Origin: a virus
Lineage: Duplodnaviria > Caudoviricetes
Reading direction: 5' to 3' (one strand)
DNA: 64,000 nucleotides
Virus record (IMG/VR): IMGVR_UViG_2802429321_000001
Span: 1-64,000 of that record
Of the stretch, positions 1 through 8,574 are shown piece by piece; position 1 is the stretch's first letter; each line of letters begins with the position of its first letter. The notes below the pieces were generated by a model. It saw nothing but the letters and a program-made list of their open reading frames with translations. It was not told the origin of the DNA and did no database searches. A program made the translations under genes and the position numbers.

Positions 1-1209
1 ATGGCGCGACCCACTTTGGATGTCGGCGAACACGGCAAGATCGGCTACGCCTGGTCCAAGCCGAAGGATGGGTCCCCGCCCCGTTGCCGCGCCTACGCGC
101 TCTACCGGTTCAACGACGGAACCACCGCCAAGAGGGAACGTTGGGGCAAGGACGAGGACGAGGCGCGTCGCGCCCTGCTCAAGTACTTCCGCAGCCTCAA
201 GGGGGCCGACGACAAGATCACGCGCGCGTCAACCTTCGAGAAGATCGCCGAGGCATGGCTCAAGAAGGTCTACCGCAAGGAGAAGTACACGACCTACGTC
301 AAGCACCGTTCAACCATCCGCAACCAGGTTATCCCCGCTATCGGGAAGCTCAGGCTGCACGAGTGCCGGCCATCTCGGATCCAGCGTCTCCTCGACGACC
401 TACGTGAGCAGGGCTACTCCAGCAGCGTGCGCGCATCCGCTCGCCAGGTCATGCAGGGGGTGTTCCAGTTCGCGATCCTGAACGAGCTCATGGACCGGCG
501 CGACAACCCCACGCTCGACCTTGACCGGATCCCGCGTGACGACAAGAAGCAGATCGCGGCGTTCGACAAGGACGAGCTCCGCGAGTTCATGGAAGCCGTC
601 GATGCCGACAGGTACATGAAACACAGCGTCGTGCCCAGCGTGCTGCGCATCCTCTTCGGCACTGGCTGCCGCATCGGCGAGGCACTGGCCATCAGGTGGT
701 GCGACCTCAACCTCACAGAGAACAAGATCAAGGTCACCCATCCCGTGTTCGGCGACCGAACGTTGCCGCCCCACAGCGTGTGGATCAACGGGAACGTGGT
801 CCACGGTGAACACGGCCTCATCCGACACAACGGCAAGACCGACACCTCAGAAGGAGTCCTCTACCTCCCCAGCAGCATCTACACCATGCTTCTTGTACGA
901 GTGCCAGAAGGGGTTCCGGGTGACCAGCCAGTCTTCGCCGCCGCCGATGGCGGCTACCTGAGGCCGAACAACCTGTTCCGGTCGATTGACCGGCTGTCCA
1001 AGCGTCTCGGGCGCGAGGAGTTCAGCTCTAGGTGGGGTCGCAAGACAGTGTCAACCTGGCTACGAGAAAGCGGCCGGGCAGAGGACATCCCAAGGCAGCT
1101 GCGCCACTCCAACTCCTCAACTGCGGAGAAGCACTACACGGCACGCATTCCAAGTGCTGCCGCTGGCGATGCCATCGATCGACTGTTGACGTCCGATGAC
1201 GCTCCCTGA
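1..1209 (+). CDS. int: Tyrosine integrase
   Basis: N-terminal arm-binding region, GCRIGE (catalytic R), RWGRKT, QLRH and terminal EKHY (catalytic Y). Confidence 0.95.
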   Translation: MARPTLDVGEHGKIGYAWSKPKDGSPPRCRAYALYRFNDGTTAKRERWGKDEDEARRALLKYFRSLKGADDKITRASTFEKIAEAWLKKVYRKEKYTTYVKHRSTIRNQVIPAIGKLRLHECRPSRIQRLLDDLREQGYSSSVRASARQVMQGVFQFAILNELMDRRDNPTLDLDRIPRDDKKQIAAFDKDELREFMEAVDADRYMKHSVVPSVLRILFGTGCRIGEALAIRWCDLNLTENKIKVTHPVFGDRTLPPHSVWINGNVVHGEHGLIRHNGKTDTSEGVLYLPSSIYTMLLVRVPEGVPGDQPVFAAADGGYLRPNNLFRSIDRLSKRLGREEFSSRWGRKTVSTWLRESGRAEDIPRQLRHSNSSTAEKHYTARIPSAAAGDAIDRLLTSDDAP

Positions 1210-1258
1210 AGCAGCGTTGCCTTGCCTTGCGGCGGTTGAGCGCGGGATCCTCAGTGTC

Positions 1259-1510
1259 ATGGACGACTGGTTCGTGGCTCTCTTGCACGGAACCCGGCTG
1301 GGGTACGCTCACCAGCTGCGTCCCGACCGTCGGCTCACCCCAGAGTCCCGCTGCGGGCAACGGAGCCGCGCGTGGCACTCGGTGCGCCGGAACCCGTGCC
1401 TGCTGGGTGTGCCGAGGTGCCCGGAGTGTCGACGGATCGCCGCTGAAGGCGCGGAGGAGCTGGACCCAGTACGCGAACACCGAGCCCCAGCTCACCCCGC
1501 TGCACTATGA
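1259..1510 (+). CDS. Small putative zinc-binding protein
   Basis: H, CG and CxxC pattern; follows int. Confidence 0.45.
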   Translation: MDDWFVALLHGTRLGYAHQLRPDRRLTPESRCGQRSRAWHSVRRNPCLLGVPRCPECRRIAAEGAEELDPVREHRAPAHPAAL

Positions 1511-1560
1511 CCCATGATCATGGGCGTTGGCGCACGAGGTGTGGTTCCAGTCGGTTCCAA
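1511..1560. promoter_or_regulatory. 14-bp palindrome plus phased GGTTCCA repeats (possible integrase arm sites/att region)
   Basis: CCCATGATCATGGG at 1511-1524; GGTTCCA at 1543 and 1553. Confidence 0.35.
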
Positions 1561-1678
1561 AATGAGGTCTGACCTGCGGGAACGCTGCTAGCCTGGAGAG
1601 GCCTCCAGGTTCTGTGCGCGGTGCCCGGTGGTGTAGCCGAGAAACGGTCCCGTTGCAGCGGGCCTGTTAAGTAGGACG

Positions 1679-1708
1679 AACGGCCCCTTGTTGGAGCGAG
1701 GGGCCGTT
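1679..1708. terminator. Terminator-like hairpin between convergent units
   Basis: AACGGCCCCT / AGGGGCCGTT 10-bp stem. Confidence 0.65.
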
Positions 1709-1839
1709 TCGCTTGAACAGGGCTACCAGGGTTGTGGGCCAGCTATGCTGGGCGGCGTCTCCGCAGGTAGTCCCAAGGCTGTGTGGCAGCAGCCGAGGTG
1801 GAGTTGGACGGCTCTCCGGACCGGGAGAGGCGCGACGAG

Positions 1840-1871
1840 CGGCCCCTGTTCCAGCGGGGGCCGTTTCGCTT
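1840..1871. terminator. Second, related hairpin
   Basis: CGGCCCC / GGGGCCG stem; shares GGGGCCGTTTCGCTT with 1700-1714. Confidence 0.55.
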
Positions 1872-2472
1872 AGGCGGCGTCGCCCTGCACGGCACGGCCC
1901 GAGGTTCGGCCGCCATGTTGGTGCCACTTCCAGGTGCGCTCCGGCAGGTGCACGATCCGGGCGCCCGCGTCGACCAGAGCCAGCCACGCTCCCCAGTCCT
2001 CGCAGGTGGCCAGCACAGCGGGGTCAAACCGGTCACGGAAGCCACCTACCGAGCGCAACAGCTCGGTGCGCACCAGCACGGTGACCGGGATGTAGTTGGC
2101 CGTCCGCAGTTGCACTGGGTCGAACGGCTGTCCGAATCGGCCAACCGGGTCGGTCATACCAACCGGCTCGAACCACGGGTACACCATGTCCGCGCCAGTC
2201 TCGACGGCGTGAGCGGCCAGTCGCTCCAGGTGCTGCGGCAGGAATTCGTCGTCGGAGTCGAGGAACGCCACCCACTTCGCCTGCACGGCGGCGAGCCCCC
2301 GGTTGCGGGTGGCTGCCGCGCCCTCTCGGCGCCGGTCAACGGTGACGTGCAGCTCGGACGGCTGGAGCTTCTGCACACAGACCGAGTTGATGGCGCGTGT
2401 GAGCATCCCGTTCCGGACTCGCGCGGGGTGGGCGGGGATGACGAGGCCGATGCTGGGGTTCACAGTGCCCAC
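1870..2472 (-). CDS. Glycosyltransferase family 2
   Basis: VIPAHP start, AATRNRGL, AFLDSDD (DxD), EDW motif. Confidence 0.92.
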   Translation of the reverse strand: MGTVNPSIGLVIPAHPARVRNGMLTRAINSVCVQKLQPSELHVTVDRRREGAAATRNRGLAAVQAKWVAFLDSDDEFLPQHLERLAAHAVETGADMVYPWFEPVGMTDPVGRFGQPFDPVQLRTANYIPVTVLVRTELLRSVGGFRDRFDPAVLATCEDWGAWLALVDAGARIVHLPERTWKWHQHGGRTSGRAVQGDAA

Positions 2473-3266
2473 CTTTCCTCGTAGCCGGGCCGGTCGGCGT
2501 AGGGCTGTAGCAGTTCCTTGATCGGGTCACATGGCCAGCTGTCGTTCTGGCAGAGGACACAGGACACATGGCCATCGTCGGCGGTCCTGATCGCGTGCTC
2601 GTTCCGGGTGCGCCTCTTGGCATAGTTGATGTCCCGCGTGACGCTCCAGCGACGTTCTTCATCGGCTGTGGGCGCGCGGAGGCTGGGGTCATAGATGAGG
2701 TGCAGGTCCGCGAGGAAGCAACGGTTGAGGAATTCGAACTCGGGCGAACACCCCGTCAACGCACCCAGCAGGCAGCGCGGACCGTCCTCCCAGTCTTCGA
2801 CCACAACCACCCGACGCCGGAGTACTGTGCCACCGTGACGGCGGTTATCAGGTATCCACCGTTCCAGCGGGTAGATGGCTTCCAACTCCGGGCTAGACGG
2901 ACGCACATGCACGCCGCCGCCGGACATGAGTTGCCCGTACTCGGTCACCACGCAATCGATCTGTCCCTGCAACCGATTGATGGTGCGCAGGAAGTCCTCC
3001 GGCTGGTGCGTGCCGAAGTGCTCCCGCAGGATCGCGTCGACCCGCCGCGTCTCATCGAGGAGCACGTTCCCGACTGCCGACGAGATTGCCTCCGTCAGGC
3101 TGCCCGCAGTCGGGTCGCTGTGCTCGTTGAGGAACGTGACGACTTCGCCCGTTGACTGGGGTTGCGGCGTGGGCGGCTCGTAGTGGAACCAGTCGCAGCC
3201 GTCGACTGGGCACAGGTAGCCCGTCGTGCCCGGTGTTCCCGGCGGCAGGTCATCCAGCGAGCGCAC
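2460..3266 (-). CDS. Hypothetical phage protein with Cys motifs
   Basis: CPVDGC and CVLC...WPC motifs; GTG start with RBS. Confidence 0.6.
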   Translation of the reverse strand: MRSLDDLPPGTPGTTGYLCPVDGCDWFHYEPPTPQPQSTGEVVTFLNEHSDPTAGSLTEAISSAVGNVLLDETRRVDAILREHFGTHQPEDFLRTINRLQGQIDCVVTEYGQLMSGGGVHVRPSSPELEAIYPLERWIPDNRRHGGTVLRRRVVVVEDWEDGPRCLLGALTGCSPEFEFLNRCFLADLHLIYDPSLRAPTADEERRWSVTRDINYAKRRTRNEHAIRTADDGHVSCVLCQNDSWPCDPIKELLQPYADRPGYEERWAL

Positions 3267-4167
3267 GGCGAATCCCTTCCTCCAAGGAGACACGTGGGGT
3301 GTAGAGCGTGTGCAGCTTCGCCGGGTCCCCGACCCGGTACTGCACCCCACTGGGCTTCGCTGTCAGATGCCGGAACCCAGGAGAGTAGCCAGCCGCCTCG
3401 GTGACCAGCTTCGCTAGCTCGTTGAAGCTCGTCGCCCGGCCCGTACACAGGTTCACCGGCCCCTGAACGTCCTGTTCGACCGCAGCGAGCGTCCCCGCAA
3501 CCACGTCGCTGATGTGCACCCAGTCTCTGACCTGCTCGCCGTCACCCCAGATGTCGAACGGGTCTGCGTGGCGCTGGGCACGGTCCACGAATGACGGGAA
3601 CGGGTAATCCAGTGGCTGCATCTCGCTATACCCCGAGAACGGCCTCGCGATCGTCACCCGAGTCCCCGTCTCCTCCGCGTACCGCGCCAAGACCTCCCCG
3701 GCGAGCTTCCCGAAACCGTACGTTTGATCCGGCCGCCCCATCAACGAGAAGTCCACGTCGTCCTCGACGAGCCGCCGCCCCGACGTCAGCGCACGAACCG
3801 GGGCAACCTGATGCCAGGTGGACACTCGATGGATCGAAGCGGTCTGCAGCGCCACCGGGTACACCGCTGAACTGGAGAAGTACACCGCCCTCGGGGTCCG
3901 CGATCGCTCCAGCCATCGGAAGTACCAGGCATCCAACGCCAGGTTCGTCCCCACTGACAGGGGCGACCCGTCGATGCATGCTCGGCCACCCACGACCGCG
4001 GCACAGTGGACTGCGAGGTCGTAGCGGGTCGTGTCCGTGCGGAACAGGTCGAGGCAGTCCTCGCCATGGATGAGGTCGACGGGGGTCACGGTCCAGCCGC
4101 GTTCCACGAGTTCAGCAACGATGTGCCTGCCCACGAACCCGGCCGCGCCAGTCACCAGTGCTCTCAT
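3250..4167 (-). CDS. NAD-dependent epimerase/dehydratase (extended SDR)
   Basis: TGAAGFVG, FSSSAVY, YGFGK (YxxxK), GDGEQVRDWVHISD. Confidence 0.95.
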   Translation of the reverse strand: MRALVTGAAGFVGRHIVAELVERGWTVTPVDLIHGEDCLDLFRTDTTRYDLAVHCAAVVGGRACIDGSPLSVGTNLALDAWYFRWLERSRTPRAVYFSSSAVYPVALQTASIHRVSTWHQVAPVRALTSGRRLVEDDVDFSLMGRPDQTYGFGKLAGEVLARYAEETGTRVTIARPFSGYSEMQPLDYPFPSFVDRAQRHADPFDIWGDGEQVRDWVHISDVVAGTLAAVEQDVQGPVNLCTGRATSFNELAKLVTEAAGYSPGFRHLTAKPSGVQYRVGDPAKLHTLYTPRVSLEEGIRRALAG

Positions 4168-4766
4168 GGCTTCACTCCTAGTGCTATCTGGAACATCGAC
4201 GTCGTCTCGTGCCGCACCACCTCGTACCCGGCCTGCTCCAGCAAGTCCTTGTACCCCTGGATGTCGAACGCCCAGGTGTGGAACTTGTAAGCCGAGCCGG
4301 GGCGCTCCGTGAACGGGGAACTGGCCACGACCACCCGCGACTGCTCCGCGACCCTGCGGACAAACGCCGCGGGGTCAACAAGGTGCTCGATCATCTCCGT
4401 GCACACTGCGAGGTCCGCCCACTCCACATCCCCAGTGACGACGTCCCCGTACCGGACATCCACGCCACGCTCAGACACGGCTGGGCCGATGTTGGACGGC
4501 TGAAGGTCGTAGCCCCACATGCGCAGTTGCCACCGCTCCGCGAGGTCGCGCAGTGACCACAGCAGACCGCCGTCACCGCATCCCAGGTCTACCACTGACT
4601 GGACAGGGTGATGTTCGACGGCCCACCGAACCATGTCCGCTGCCAGCGTGAGCCTGCCTTGGTGTGCGGGCTCATCGATGTGTGGCGCCCGGTCGCGCTC
4701 CTGGTACCAGGCCGTGGTTGTCCACTCGGGAACTGTGCCCTCAGGGAACAGACGCCACGCGGTCAC
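4164..4766 (-). CDS. Class I SAM-dependent methyltransferase
   Basis: VVDLGCGDG, TEMIEHLVDP. Confidence 0.9.
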   Translation of the reverse strand: MTAWRLFPEGTVPEWTTTAWYQERDRAPHIDEPAHQGRLTLAADMVRWAVEHHPVQSVVDLGCGDGGLLWSLRDLAERWQLRMWGYDLQPSNIGPAVSERGVDVRYGDVVTGDVEWADLAVCTEMIEHLVDPAAFVRRVAEQSRVVVASSPFTERPGSAYKFHTWAFDIQGYKDLLEQAGYEVVRHETTSMFQIALGVKP

Positions 4767-4921
4767 TTCGCACCGCCGCTCTGGGCGGCGAGAATCTGGC
4801 CGATGATGACCAGCGCCTGGTGCTCGGTGAACCCCTCGGCGATGAGGGCGATATACGTCTGGCGCAGGACGCTGGCTAGTTTCCGCAGGTCAGCGCTCGG
4901 TTCTATCGGTCCGTTGGTCAC
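4763..4921 (-). CDS. Small hypothetical protein
   Basis: Coupled to neighbours; YIALIAEGFTEHQAL helix. Confidence 0.6.
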   Translation of the reverse strand: MTNGPIEPSADLRKLASVLRQTYIALIAEGFTEHQALVIIGQILAAQSGGAK

Positions 4922-5400
4922 TGGTCGCCGTCCGATCGCACGTACTGGCAGGCGTAGCCGGGTGTGCCCGCGTACTGCCACTCGCGGATGCAGGACAGTT
5001 CGAGGTGTTGGCGTGGCTTGAGGAGTGCGCAGCGCGTGTCTTCACAGGAGTACTCCTGTTTGGAGCCGGTGAAGCGGACCGCAAACTTTTGGTTGCTGCC
5101 ACCGTTGCTGCCTGCCGAGATGAGGCGTGACTGGACCTCGGAAAGGGTGCCGCCGACCGGCCTCCACTGGTGGTACTCGGCGGTCCACGGGAACATCACG
5201 ATTCCAGTGATGAGGAGTGTGTGGAATAGGGCGATGCTGCCTGTCCAGATGAGCCCCCCTGAGGGTTCGAGGAATTCATAGCTGCCGATCTTCTTGCCGT
5301 ACCTGACGCCGACCACGATCCCGACTGTGGCAAGGAGTGAGATGAACCCTGCGATGGGGAGTCCGACGGTGACGCCGAGGCTCCAGTAGGTGTCGTTCAC
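4918..5400 (-). CDS. Two-TM membrane protein with Cys-containing external domain
   Basis: Two hydrophobic helices then a C-terminal domain; 4-nt gene overlaps. Confidence 0.65.
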   Translation of the reverse strand: MNDTYWSLGVTVGLPIAGFISLLATVGIVVGVRYGKKIGSYEFLEPSGGLIWTGSIALFHTLLITGIVMFPWTAEYHQWRPVGGTLSEVQSRLISAGSNGGSNQKFAVRFTGSKQEYSCEDTRCALLKPRQHLELSCIREWQYAGTPGYACQYVRSDGDQ

Positions 5401-6200
5401 GGGCACACCTGCCGCCACGCGCCAAGCGCCACCCGCTTCAGCATCGACGTGAAGTTCGGGTACACCGCGTCCGGCTTGCACGTCTTCGCCAGCGTCAACG
5501 AGTACTCCACGTGCAGCACCGGCTTCCCTGCCCGCCCGAACGGCGCCAGCACCGGGCACTCTGAGTACTGCACGCACTGCTCGTTGATCTCCCCGTCAGC
5601 GACCTGTGCTGCGCGAGCCACGAACGCACTGTCGACGCCGTTCTTCGCGAACAACGCCAGCCCGTTCGCGTGGACCGTGGCAGCCAGGAACGACAAGTAG
5701 TCCAGGCCCGTGGCCTGCGTCAACGGGAACCCCGTGGCCCGTGCGCCCTCCAGGTACGTGTCGTCCAGGTCCGTCTCCACCGCGTCGAAGCCCTTGCTGG
5801 CGCACATCGCGACCCGGGCCGCCTCCACGCTGCGGACCGTGGCGTCGCGGGTGTCCAGGTAGTACTCCGGCCACCCGACTTCCTTGCGGCCGATCGCGGC
5901 CTTCGGGAACTGGCTGTAGTCCGGCCTGCCCGGTTCCGCGCCACCCACATCCAGGTAGCAGATGACGTGCGCGCCCTTCGCATGCAGCGCGGCGACCGTC
6001 GCAGCCGACGTCTCGAACCCGTCCACGTCGAACACTGCCGCCTGCACACTGGTGTCGATCGTCCCGTCCAACTGCCACTGCCAGGACGCGACCTTCGCAG
6101 GCGGAGTCCACCAGCCCGGGCTCGCGTCCGCAGTGGGCATAGCCAGCGTGCCGCCCACAACCAGCAGCCCTGCCGCCACAGCGGCAACGGTCCTACCCAC
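5397..6200 (-). CDS. Secreted GH114 endo-alpha-1,4-polygalactosaminidase-like protein
   Basis: Signal peptide; SWQWQL, VICYLDVGGAE, GFDAVETDLDD, NEQC, GKPVLHVEY. Confidence 0.85.
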   Translation of the reverse strand: MGRTVAAVAAGLLVVGGTLAMPTADASPGWWTPPAKVASWQWQLDGTIDTSVQAAVFDVDGFETSAATVAALHAKGAHVICYLDVGGAEPGRPDYSQFPKAAIGRKEVGWPEYYLDTRDATVRSVEAARVAMCASKGFDAVETDLDDTYLEGARATGFPLTQATGLDYLSFLAATVHANGLALFAKNGVDSAFVARAAQVADGEINEQCVQYSECPVLAPFGRAGKPVLHVEYSLTLAKTCKPDAVYPNFTSMLKRVALGAWRQVCP

Positions 6201-6891
6201 GCTCCATCAGCTCCTTCAACTTCGTCACGTCGTTGTCGAGGCGGTCACGGACCCACGCCTCATAGGCCTGACTGTCGGCCGCGTACATGGCCGACGAGTT
6301 CACTTCCTCGTAGCCCGCGTCGCTCGGCGCCTTCCCGACGAGGGGATGCATGTGCTCGATCACCACGTCAGGCAGGTACGTGAGCCGGTCCAAGGTCTGC
6401 CCCAGAGCCAGCCACGCCGAGTCGATATACAGATGGGTCAGGCCGGGCGGCACCATGTAGCCGAGCGTCCGGACGATGTCCGACGACATCGCCACAGCGG
6501 TCGGCAGAAGCCGACCCTGAATCAGATCGTTGCCGTACACCAAACCCGTGCCGAGCCCGTCCAGCGTGGACAGGAAACGTTCGTTCCATGCCGCCGTACG
6601 GGGCCTGTGGTCGTCCCCGAGAAACCCGATTGCCCTGTAGTGCTCGGCGTAGACCCTGCTGGCAGCGTTGAGTGTGCCGCCGAGCCGCAGCCGCGGGCCA
6701 GTCTGCAACCGGTACCCGTCGCAGCCGCCCGCTGCTTCCCAGCCCTGCCGGTAGGCGTCGAGTTCCGGGTCATCGTCGTCCACGCACACCAGCAGGTCCG
6801 CTGACGCGGTGGTGGTGGCCTGCCAGGATTCCCACAGCGCGGCCACATTCTGTGGTCGGCCACGGGACGGCACGATCATCAGCAGTTCCAA
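6193..6891 (-). CDS. Glycosyltransferase family 2 (GT-A)
   Basis: IVPSRGRP, VDDDD, GFLGDDHRPRT, HLYID, EHMHP. Confidence 0.85.
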   Translation of the reverse strand: MELLMIVPSRGRPQNVAALWESWQATTTASADLLVCVDDDDPELDAYRQGWEAAGGCDGYRLQTGPRLRLGGTLNAASRVYAEHYRAIGFLGDDHRPRTAAWNERFLSTLDGLGTGLVYGNDLIQGRLLPTAVAMSSDIVRTLGYMVPPGLTHLYIDSAWLALGQTLDRLTYLPDVVIEHMHPLVGKAPSDAGYEEVNSSAMYAADSQAYEAWVRDRLDNDVTKLKELMERG

Positions 6892-7103
6892 GTGGGGTTC
6901 TCCTTCGCTGGTACTGGGGCTTTCGTCCACCGCATGTACGGGCTGTACTCGCCGACCAATCGGTCCGCCTCGGCCAGCGGAATCACCCACCCTGGCCCGT
7001 GACGCTCAGCCCAGATGTGGCCGCGCCGCAGGTGGTAGCGCACGCACGGCTCGGACACGCCAAGCCGTTCGGCGAGTTCCGCGGCCGTCAGGAAGCCGTC
7101 CAT
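6879..7103 (-). CDS. Xis/MerR-like HTH DNA-binding protein
   Basis: FLTAAELAERLGVSEPCVRYHLRRG...WVIP. Confidence 0.8.
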   Translation of the reverse strand: MDGFLTAAELAERLGVSEPCVRYHLRRGHIWAERHGPGWVIPLAEADRLVGEYSPYMRWTKAPVPAKENPTWNC

Positions 7104-7271
7104 GATCACCGCCAACTGAGGATGTTTCACCAGGTCAGAGGCCTGATGGCCATCCGACGTTAACGCGCGCGATCACATCGACTCGCGGGAAACACGCCAC
7201 CAGCAGGTATGAATCACGCTCCGCGCACAACGAAGCCCGCAAACGTGACACCGCAACGACCCAGAAACGCG

Positions 7272-7311
7272 AAAAAAGGGGCCTCACGCTCAACCCTGAG
7301 CGTGAGGCCCC
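7272..7311 (-). terminator. Strong intrinsic terminator ending the late/lysis operon
   Basis: Perfect 15-bp stem (7278-7292 / 7297-7311) followed by a U6 tract on the minus strand. Confidence 0.9.
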
Positions 7312-7341
7312 AGCCACACCAACCAACTCAACCAGCCACGA

Positions 7342-7749
7342 TCACCCCAGAGGCCCACCCTCCGGGGCACCACCCCGCTTATCCAACTCCACCATCAAGA
7401 ACTTCACCTGACCCCTCAGGACACGCACCTCGGCTTGCGCGCCACTGAGCTGCTCAGACATGTTGTCGTGCTTCTCCTGCAGGTCATCCGCACGCTGATT
7501 CGCAGCCCGCAGCTTCTCCGACAGGTCATCCGCACGCTGGTTCGCCATACCCAACTGCGTCTCCAGCGTCTTCGCGCGCTGCTCCAACTGATTCACCAGG
7601 GAGATCGCCGAGTTCGCGACCATCCCCGCCTGATCGATCGACATCTTCCGGCGCTTGCGGATGCTGTCGATCGCGGCATACAAGCCGCCCAACAGTCCAC
7701 CGCCGCCGCCGAGGATCCCGAACCAGACGCCGAGGTCTTGCAGGGACAT
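7342..7749 (-). CDS. Membrane-anchored coiled-coil protein of the lysis cassette
   Basis: N-terminal TM then heptad repeats (ANQRADDL twice). Confidence 0.75.
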   Translation of the reverse strand: MSLQDLGVWFGILGGGGGLLGGLYAAIDSIRKRRKMSIDQAGMVANSAISLVNQLEQRAKTLETQLGMANQRADDLSEKLRAANQRADDLQEKHDNMSEQLSGAQAEVRVLRGQVKFLMVELDKRGGAPEGGPLG

Positions 7750-7763
7750 GAACACCCCCTGGG

Positions 7764-8195
7764 TTATCTCGATCTCGGCTCGGCCGCAGCCGCGCGCTTC
7801 AGATCTCGACCGATAGTGACAAACCGGCCTACACAGGCCATCGCGAACGCCCCCACGAACAGGGCCGGGAGCGTGCCTCTCCACCCGGCCTCAACCAACA
7901 CAACGGACACGTACAGCACAGCGAAACCACCCAGCAGCGTCAGCCCCACCCGCTCCACGAGCAGGCTCACCAAGCCGTTCAACAGCACGCCAACCACGCT
8001 CACCACGCCACCCAGTACCAGGCCCCCGTACCAGACCGGTACGAGGCCATCAGGCAGCGTGTTCGCGACCGCCGGGGACCAGCTCGCCTGAGCCAGCAAC
8101 CCGGCGCCGCCCGACAACACGGCCGCGGAGAGCAGGAACACCTCGAAAGGGTTCCGGCCACTCCGCACGATCACTCCACTCTTGAGCACGATCAC
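7764..8195 (-). CDS. Four-TM membrane protein of the lysis cassette
   Basis: Four hydrophobic segments; position after holin. Confidence 0.75.
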   Translation of the reverse strand: MIVLKSGVIVRSGRNPFEVFLLSAAVLSGGAGLLAQASWSPAVANTLPDGLVPVWYGGLVLGGVVSVVGVLLNGLVSLLVERVGLTLLGGFAVLYVSVVLVEAGWRGTLPALFVGAFAMACVGRFVTIGRDLKRAAAAEPRSR

Positions 8196-8228
8196 AGCGG
8201 TCCTTCCCCGATGCGGACCAAGCGCCCG

Positions 8229-8564
8229 TCAGGACGCGACGCTGGCCGGCTTGTTGGGGACCACGTGCACCGCGACGACACCGAGCGCGGCGAGCAGGAT
8301 CGTGATCCAGCCCTGCGTGTTGATGCCCCCAGTGGACGCGACCTGGACGGCGGCCTGTGCCCCGGCGAGCAGGAACGCGACCGCGGTCTTCGCCCACGGC
8401 GCGACACCATCCACGCTGGGCACGAGGTACACGCCGATCGCGGTCAGCACCGCCACGGCGATGCTGCACCCGGCCTGCATCGTGAAACCGGTCGTCACGA
8501 ACGGCTGCACGGCGACGAGTAGGGCCATGACCACTGCGACGAGGCCCTTGGCGACAGTCTGCAT
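8229..8564 (-). CDS. Putative holin
   Basis: 111 aa, four TM, internal duplication (AVLTAIGVYLVP / AALGVVAVHVVPN). Confidence 0.75.
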   Translation of the reverse strand: MQTVAKGLVAVVMALLVAVQPFVTTGFTMQAGCSIAVAVLTAIGVYLVPSVDGVAPWAKTAVAFLLAGAQAAVQVASTGGINTQGWITILLAALGVVAVHVVPNKPASVAS

Positions 8565-8574
8565 TGTGTTCTCC

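Noticed and set aside
1590-1670. tRNA or other structured RNA as the att core
   Set aside because: No T-loop (GTTCRA), CCA end or cloverleaf recognisable on either strand.
1870-7130. DNA hypermodification (glycosylated 5hmC) cluster
   Set aside because: No TET/JBP, hydroxymethylase or nucleotide kinase seen in the window, and the secreted GH114 points outward; genes beyond the edge could change this.
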